Below, one piece after another: positions 1-4,396 of a stretch of DNA of 4,396 bases (positions are counted from its first letter, which is position 1; every line of letters begins with the position of its first letter). Position numbers and translations under genes: made by a program. The DNA is taken from the NCBI GenBank assembly GCA_049970495.1, contig JBMFMV010000100.1:1-4396 (forward strand), given 5' to 3'. The DNA comes from a bacterium (GTDB lineage Bacteria > DUMJ01). The notes under the pieces are model-generated. The model made no database searches. It worked only from the letters and a program-made list of their open reading frames with translations, and was not told the origin of the DNA.

Positions 1-102
1 TACTAAGCCCCACTCCTCGTATATCCGCAAGGTCCTCGGATGAACCCCTAGGAGCCTTGCAGTTACACTTATTAAGTAAACTGGCTCCTTATTCTTGTTC
101 AT
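1..102 (-). CDS. hspR: MerR-family HTH transcriptional regulator, HspR-like (5' part only; runs off the left edge)
   Basis: Manual translation from ATG at 102: MNKNKEPVYLISVTARLLGVHPRTLRIYEEWGLV, open to the edge. It matches the HspR-type MerR N-terminal pattern (EPVY-ISV-A--L--HP-TLR-YE--GL). MerR family is secure; the hspR orthology rests on only 34 aa. Confidence 0.85.
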   Translation of the reverse strand, partial: MNKNKEPVYLISVTARLLGVHPRTLRIYEEWGLV

Positions 103-120
103 AGCATTTTTACGGTAAAT

Positions 121-149
121 ATAATAGCATATTATAAAAAAGTTGTCAA
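121..149 (-). promoter_or_regulatory. sigma70/sigmaA promoter of the MerR/HspR-like gene
   Basis: Minus strand: TTGACA (149-144), 17-bp spacer (143-127), TATTAT (126-121), preceded by a TATG-c extended -10 motif (131-127). The predicted start of transcription is about 113-116. Confidence 0.8.
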
Positions 150-172
150 TACCATTTATAACTTTTTTATAA
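132..172. repeat. Perfect 13-bp inverted repeat with 15-bp spacer, candidate operator
   Basis: TTATAAAAAAGTT (132-144) and AACTTTTTTATAA (160-172) are exact reverse complements and straddle the -35 box. The repeat is seen directly; the operator role is inferred. Confidence 0.7.
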
Positions 173-179
173 GTTAAAA

Positions 180-1070
180 TTATAGCCTAACTCCTCTAAT
201 GTGCTTTAGATACTCATTTACACTATTAAAGACCAGCTCAGTGTAATGGGAGAATCTCTCCTTAGAGAAATCATCTTTGGCTATGGCAACCGGAATGGCA
301 TCAGCATTTATTGCAGTTAATACATCATCCATAGAATCACCAACAAAAGCTAATATATTTTTCTTGTAATACTCTCTTATTATCTCAAGTCCCCTAGGAT
401 TAGGCTTTACTATAGAAGAACTCATAGTGACAATAGCCTGAGGGGGTATCTCTAGTTTTAATAACTCTAAAGCCAATTCAGTTTCGGATGCTGTCCTACC
501 TGTATATATCCCGTAAAAAATATCTTCCGGGAGAAGGGTTTTATCTAGAATTACTTCCTCATTTCTCCACAAGCCTTCCTCTGTTCCTAAAATAGGCTCA
601 GTTCCATAGAGTCTTTTAACATATTTTGACCCAGCATATATCTCTTGAAATATTCTGATTATAAACTTCTTGTCAAACTTTTCCTCTGCTTTGTAAAAAA
701 TATTACCATCTAGACTAACAAGATAATTTCTTGTCTTACTTAGACCATCCCCCTCATAAGATATAGCCTTGGTGAATTCGGCAAGACTAGGGGGAGACAA
801 TCGTATAGAATTGGTGTCTTTAAATCTAGATTTTAATGCCTTATAAATAAAGAAAAGTATAGCAGATTGTGATAATATCCAATCATCATTAAAGCCACCA
901 GCCAGCTTAAATAACTGTACCTCTTCTGGTTGTATAAGTATTCCTGTATCTATATACCCCAAAACCTTTGTCATATAGTATTGAACAGTTCTAGAAACAG
1001 CAACTCTAAAAGACTTAGATGTATCTATTAAAACTCCATCAATATCAAATACTATAATTTCTGGTTTCAA
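180..1070 (-). CDS. HAD-superfamily hydrolase, subfamily IA (TIGR01548-like); candidate histidinol-phosphate phosphatase
   Basis: All four HAD motifs are present: FDIDGVLID (I), YTGR (II, T190), KPNP (III) and FVGDSMDD (IV). The cap segment FKLAGGFNDDW is typical of TIGR01548-like proteins. The TTG start overlaps the hisC TGA (TTGA, 1070-1067), with GGAGGAG 8 nt upstream. Confidence 0.88.
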   Translation of the reverse strand: MKPEIIVFDIDGVLIDTSKSFRVAVSRTVQYYMTKVLGYIDTGILIQPEEVQLFKLAGGFNDDWILSQSAILFFIYKALKSRFKDTNSIRLSPPSLAEFTKAISYEGDGLSKTRNYLVSLDGNIFYKAEEKFDKKFIIRIFQEIYAGSKYVKRLYGTEPILGTEEGLWRNEEVILDKTLLPEDIFYGIYTGRTASETELALELLKLEIPPQAIVTMSSSIVKPNPRGLEIIREYYKKNILAFVGDSMDDVLTAINADAIPVAIAKDDFSKERFSHYTELVFNSVNEYLKHIRGVRL

Positions 1071-2143
1071 TTTAGTATCTCCTCCATAGCACGTATAAAT
1101 TGGTCATTTTCTTCCTTCTTTCCTATGGTGACTCTATAAGCATTCCTCAATAAAGGATGTTTGGGTTCGAACCTTCTTATCTTAATTCCGTATGAAAGTA
1201 ATCTATCCATTAAATTTTCCTCATTACAATAAAAAAATAGGAAGTTTGCAGTAGAAGGAAACACCCTTACTTTAGAAAGATTCAAGAGCTTCTTATAGAC
1301 TCTCTCTCTTTCATCTATAATAAATTTTATTCTTGAAAGGATTAAATCCTTATACTCTAACGCAATCCTGCCTACCATCTGTGTAAAGACATTTACATTA
1401 TATGGAAGTTTGATTGACATTAGGTCTTTTATAATCTCTTCATTAGAAATTCCATAACCAAGTCTTAGACCTGCTAGAGAGAAAGCCTTAGAAAATGTCT
1501 TAAGGACAATAAGATTATCATAGTCCTTTACTAAATAAGACAAACTTTCTCCCATAAATTCGCCATAAGCCTCATCTATAACCACCAAGGTATTAGTTCC
1601 TTTAGATATCTCTAGTACAGTAAGTAATTCCTTTTTAGGCATAGACCAGCCAGTTGGGTTATTAGGCCTACATAAGAGTAATAATTTAGGCTTATAAGCA
1701 TGTAGGGCTTCAATAACAGAAGATGAATCTAACTCTAACGATTCATTCAAATCCAATTTTATATCTCTAACCCCCGCTATCTGTGAAAGAATCGAAAACA
1801 TCTCAAAAGAGAGGTTAGGATAAACTACTAAGTCTTCTCTATCAAGGAATGCAAAAAATATGTATTGTAGAATCTCATCAGATCCATTTCCCACAGCTAT
1901 ATGTCTTTCATCTATCCCTTCTATGCCTAGAAAAGAAGCTATACATCTTCTCAGATCTAATGCTATAGGATCAGGATAGATTCTAAGTGGTAAAGCTTCA
2001 AATTCTGCTTTTATCCTTTCTTTTACCTCATCTGGTAATTCAAACGGATTCTCATTAGCATCAAGCTTTATAAGGTCTAGAGAATAAATAACAGAATAAG
2101 GAGAAAACGAAGTCAGAGCTTTTCTCAAAAATCTACTCGACAT
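1067..2143 (-). CDS. hisC: Histidinol-phosphate aminotransferase (PLP-dependent, class I/II)
   Basis: Motifs LDANENPF, YPDP, GNGSDE, PNNPTG, VIDEAYGEF and KTFSKAFSLAGLRLGY (PLP lysine K219), plus C-terminal RVTIG--EEN; 358 aa is the usual HisC length. Confidence 0.92.
   Translation of the reverse strand: MSSRFLRKALTSFSPYSVIYSLDLIKLDANENPFELPDEVKERIKAEFEALPLRIYPDPIALDLRRCIASFLGIEGIDERHIAVGNGSDEILQYIFFAFLDREDLVVYPNLSFEMFSILSQIAGVRDIKLDLNESLELDSSSVIEALHAYKPKLLLLCRPNNPTGWSMPKKELLTVLEISKGTNTLVVIDEAYGEFMGESLSYLVKDYDNLIVLKTFSKAFSLAGLRLGYGISNEEIIKDLMSIKLPYNVNVFTQMVGRIALEYKDLILSRIKFIIDERERVYKKLLNLSKVRVFPSTANFLFFYCNEENLMDRLLSYGIKIRRFEPKHPLLRNAYRVTIGKKEENDQFIRAMEEILN
1079..1085 (-). promoter_or_regulatory. 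Shine-Dalgarno site for the HAD hydrolase gene
   Basis: GGAGGAG on the minus strand inside the 3' end of hisC, 8 nt before the TTG at 1070. Confidence 0.7.
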
Positions 2144-2146
2144 AGA

Positions 2147-2155
2147 TCACTCCTT
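2147..2155 (-). promoter_or_regulatory. Shine-Dalgarno site for hisC formed by the last codons of the ligase gene
   Basis: AAG GAG TGA (Lys-Glu-stop of the ligase) reads AAGGAGTGA; only 3 nt separate the ligase stop from the hisC ATG at 2143. Confidence 0.7.
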
Positions 2156-3880
2156 TACCTCTACTTTTTTCTGCATATTATACATCTCTAGTATCTCCTT
2201 AACAGTAGTAGCGTCTTCAGGTCTTCTATCTATTCTTACGAAGCGCTCTACTCTAGGAAATCTCAGTGCATAACCTAATTCTTCACTATCCTTCCCTGTT
2301 GTATGAATCGGGCTCCTAGTAATCTCATCAGCTTTTACTTCTACGACATATCTAGGCTCTACCCAGACATCCGGTTCTAGGATAGAAACTACTCTCTGAG
2401 GTTTCTTATCAACCTTTATCTCGTCTAAAAGTCCTTTCATCTTAACCCACTCATCCTCACTAAGACCAGAACCTATTTTTGCTACAGTCTTAAAAGTATC
2501 ACTCTCTGGATCGTATACACCTGCTAACAGAGAGCCTATACCCAATTTGGCCCTTGCCCCTCTACCTGCATAGTACCCAAGAATAACCAAATCTACAGTA
2601 TCACTAAGCTCTCCCCTATAACTTCGCTTAAGTTTTATCCAATTGAAATTTCTAGCTCCAGCCTGATAAGGAGCATCTAATCTCTTGGCTACTATTCCTT
2701 CTAGTCCGCTACCTATAGCATTCTCAAAGAAGATATTTAGTTCCTTGGGGTCTTCAGTTATAATAGAATCAGCAATCATAATGACATCCCCGGGAAGGAT
2801 CAAACTCTTTAATTTTTCCCTTCTTTCTATGTAAGGTTTGGATGTATAATCTTCTCCATCCACATACAAAAGGTCAAAGGCAAACAATTTTAGGGGTAAA
2901 TCAGTCATCATAGCTTCTATTGCATACTTTCTCTTCCTCTGAACAGTTACTTGGAACGGAAAGAATTCTTGAGCCTCTTCGTTAAAAGCCAAAGCCTCTC
3001 CTTCTATTATGGCCTTTTCTGCACCTATCTGCTTCTTAGCTCCCTCAACTAAATCAGGAAACATTTCCGTATTATCTTCTAAATTCCTTGAAAATATCTT
3101 TATCTTATCTCCATCCTTATGAATTTGGCATCTAAATCCGTCAAACTTAGGCTCCACAGAACATCTTCCTATCTTAGATATAATCTCCTCTGCAGAAGGT
3201 AGCCTTTCTGCTAGAGCCATCCTTATTGGTTTTCCAACCTGAACCTTAAAATCTCTAAGGGCATCTAACCCCTTGCTAAAGAGGGTAAAACCTACTAAAC
3301 CTAGATCTGAGCAAAGGTTATAAGCCCTTTCAATTATAGGCCTTAGACTCTTATCACCAGAGTATGCATATGAAAAGGCATCTAATATGGTAGGGTCTCC
3401 TATTCCAAGTCTTAGTCTTCCTAGAACTATTCTGCTTATATACTTAGCTTCTTTGCCAGATACATGGGAAAATAATTCAGCCAATTTATAGGTCTTCTTT
3501 TCAATTGAGCCCTTTCCCATTGTAGTGGCAATCTCCATAAGTCTATCGTAAACCTCTAAGATTTCAAGCTCTCCTTTACCCTCCCCAATATGTCTCTGAG
3601 CCAAAAGCCCCAAATCTCCAATCTCTTTGTACAAAGTCCAAACCTCTTCTTCATCTTTTGCTAATACCTTAGCTAAAGATTTGGCTACAAGCTTTTCACT
3701 CATACCAAATTCTATCTTTTCATAGTTAGGAACTAGTCGCTCCTGACATAGATAGGCAACCTTTTCTACTTCTTGAGGGGATAGGGATTTAAATAACTCA
3801 GCCAATAAAGCTACCATTTCATTTCTCTTAGTGGTAGCTTCTAACCTTTCAAAATAATCAGCTAACTCAGAAAATTTCAT
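2147..3880 (-). CDS. lig: ATP-dependent DNA ligase, archaeal/Lig1-type (DNA-binding domain + adenylation domain + OB fold)
   Basis: Nucleotidyltransferase motifs: I EPKFDGFRCQIH (adenylated K245, nt 3146-3148), III IIEGEALA, IIIa FAFDLLY, IV LEGIVAK, V WIKLK, VI LRFPR. The N-terminal DBD carries RLRLGIGDPTILDA. It is 577 aa with no LigD polymerase/phosphoesterase modules and no NAD-ligase zinc finger or BRCT domain. Confidence 0.96.
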   Translation of the reverse strand: MKFSELADYFERLEATTKRNEMVALLAELFKSLSPQEVEKVAYLCQERLVPNYEKIEFGMSEKLVAKSLAKVLAKDEEEVWTLYKEIGDLGLLAQRHIGEGKGELEILEVYDRLMEIATTMGKGSIEKKTYKLAELFSHVSGKEAKYISRIVLGRLRLGIGDPTILDAFSYAYSGDKSLRPIIERAYNLCSDLGLVGFTLFSKGLDALRDFKVQVGKPIRMALAERLPSAEEIISKIGRCSVEPKFDGFRCQIHKDGDKIKIFSRNLEDNTEMFPDLVEGAKKQIGAEKAIIEGEALAFNEEAQEFFPFQVTVQRKRKYAIEAMMTDLPLKLFAFDLLYVDGEDYTSKPYIERREKLKSLILPGDVIMIADSIITEDPKELNIFFENAIGSGLEGIVAKRLDAPYQAGARNFNWIKLKRSYRGELSDTVDLVILGYYAGRGARAKLGIGSLLAGVYDPESDTFKTVAKIGSGLSEDEWVKMKGLLDEIKVDKKPQRVVSILEPDVWVEPRYVVEVKADEITRSPIHTTGKDSEELGYALRFPRVERFVRIDRRPEDATTVKEILEMYNMQKKVEVKE

Positions 3881-3887
3881 AAGGTTC

Positions 3888-3893
3888 CCTCCT
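3888..3893 (-). promoter_or_regulatory. Shine-Dalgarno site for lig
   Basis: AGGAGG on the minus strand, 7 nt before the ATG at 3880. Confidence 0.85.
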
Positions 3894-3896
3894 AAT

Positions 3897-3912
3897 AAAT
3901 TTCTAGAAATTT
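3897..3912. repeat. Perfect 16-bp palindrome, candidate operator in the lig leader
   Basis: AAATTTCTAGAAATTT equals its own reverse complement and lies between the predicted lig transcription start and its SD. Confidence 0.65.
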
Positions 3913-3924
3913 CTTCTTAAGTAT

Positions 3925-3933
3925 AGTATATCA
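3925..3933 (-). promoter_or_regulatory. Extended -10 promoter element for the lig-hisC-HAD unit
   Basis: Minus strand TG-a-TATACT (3933-3925). There is no convincing -35 (TAACTT at 17 bp). The predicted start is near 3918. Confidence 0.6.
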
Positions 3934-3961
3934 GAGAAAAGGGTAAAAAGTTATTATTTAC

Positions 3962-3972
3962 TATGCTATAAT
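3962..3972 (+). promoter_or_regulatory. Extended -10 promoter element for rtcB
   Basis: TATG-c-TATAAT: a perfect -10 hexamer (3967-3972) with a TRTG extension and no recognisable -35. The predicted start is near 3978-3979. Confidence 0.7.
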
Positions 3973-3977
3973 TGAAA

Positions 3978-3986
3978 AGGGGTGAT
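3978..3986 (+). promoter_or_regulatory. Shine-Dalgarno site for rtcB
   Basis: AGGGGTGAT, complementary to the 16S 3' end, 6 nt before the ATG at 3993. Confidence 0.75.
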
Positions 3987-3992
3987 GATTCT

Positions 3993-4396
3993 ATGAGTGA
4001 AAAGTGGTCTGGGTTACTCAAAAAACTTGATGACTACAGATATGAGATTCCCAAAGAATATAAAAAAGAGATGTTAGTTCCTGGTATTATATATGCTGAT
4101 AGAGAGATGATTGAAGCGGTATGTCAAGATCAATCACCGGAACAAGTAGCAAATGTTGCCACCTTACCTGGGATAGTAAAGTATTCTCTAGCTATGCCTG
4201 ATATACACTGGGGATATGGCTTTCCTATCGGAGGAGTTGCAGCTACTAGGGTAGAAGACGGGGTGATCTCTCCCGGAGGGGTTGGATATGACATAAACTG
4301 CGGGACAAGGCTTATACTTACAAACCTTACAGTAGACGAAGTAAAACCAAAGCTTACTGAACTCCTAGACGCAATATTTGTAAATGTCCCTTCAGG
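3993..4396 (+). CDS. rtcB: RtcB family RNA-splicing/repair ligase (3'-phosphate/5'-OH ligase), 5' part only; runs off the right edge
   Basis: Manual translation (134 full codons, no stop): [36 protein letters not shown]...[58 protein letters not shown]...NVPS. It contains the RtcB signatures [14 protein letters not shown] and GVGYDINCG (metal ligands D100 and C103). Confidence 0.96.
   Translation, partial: MSEKWSGLLKKLDDYRYEIPKEYKKEMLVPGIIYADREMIEAVCQDQSPEQVANVATLPGIVKYSLAMPDIHWGYGFPIGGVAATRVEDGVISPGGVGYDINCGTRLILTNLTVDEVKPKLTELLDAIFVNVPS

Noticed and set aside
95..125. Plus-strand TTGTTC (95-100), 19 bp, TATAAT (120-125), resembling a long-spacer MerR-type promoter
   Set aside because: It would fire antisense into the HAD gene's 3' end with no ORF to serve. 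The -35 is weak and the TATAAT overlaps the AT-rich minus-strand -10, so it is likely incidental.
131..136. Second TATAAT on the minus strand inside the promoter spacer
   Set aside because: It is only 7 bp from TTGACA, has no -35 of its own (ATAAAT at 17 bp) and no TG extension; it largely overlaps the inverted-repeat arm.
132..172. Intrinsic terminator call for the inverted repeat after the HAD stop
   Set aside because: The stem has only one G-C pair, the loop is 15 nt and no U-tract follows on the minus strand, so it is not annotated as a terminator.
822..833. 12-bp palindrome AAATCTAGATTT similar to the 3897 palindrome
   Set aside because: It lies inside the HAD coding sequence, is AT-rich, and TCTAGA cores are frequent in this window.
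1300..1309. Short CT dinucleotide run
   Set aside because: It encodes the Glu-Arg-Glu-Arg stretch of HisC in frame and is too short to suggest phase variation.
1067..2143. CobD (threonine-phosphate decarboxylase) as an alternative to HisC
   Set aside because: The N-terminal LDANENPF and GNGSDE motifs fit HisC better, and no cobalamin genes are adjacent.
2646..2655. AAATTTCTAG, a 10-bp partial copy of the 3897 palindrome
   Set aside because: It encodes the ARNF segment next to ligase motif V and lacks the second arm.
1458..3416. 11-bp direct repeat CCAAGTCTTAG near 1458 and 3406
   Set aside because: Both copies encode Leu-Arg-Leu-Gly in conserved motifs of unrelated proteins; there is no sign of a target-site duplication or mobile element.
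2147..3880. NHEJ (Ku-LigD) system or phage-derived ligase
   Set aside because: There is no Ku and no polymerase or phosphoesterase domain, the ligase has a full cellular-type DBD, and no phage or integrase genes are in the window.
3944..3954. TAAAAAGTTAT resembling the half-site of the 132-172 repeat
   Set aside because: It is a single low-complexity half-site with one A fewer and no partner arm, too weak to claim shared regulation without a genome-wide motif test.

Overview
AT-rich bacterial DNA (sigma70/sigmaA-type promoters, AGGAGG ribosome-binding sites, many AGA/ATA codons; probably a thermophilic or deep-branching lineage, which is inference only). The minus strand carries a tightly coupled three-gene run: an archaeal-type ATP-dependent DNA ligase (2147-3880), histidinol-phosphate aminotransferase hisC (1067-2143) and a TIGR01548-like HAD phosphatase (180-1070). 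Two genes cut off by the window edges are missing from the supplied ORF track. One is the N-terminus of an HspR-like MerR regulator (1-102, minus), which has its own near-consensus promoter overlapped by a perfect 13-bp inverted repeat. The other is the N-terminus of an RtcB RNA ligase (3993 to the end, plus). The DNA ligase and RNA ligase genes are head-to-head across 112 bp containing two back-to-back extended -10 elements and a perfect 16-bp palindrome. I saw no mobile elements, CRISPR arrays or RNA genes. The genes belong to known families; the arrangement and the candidate operators are what merit follow-up.
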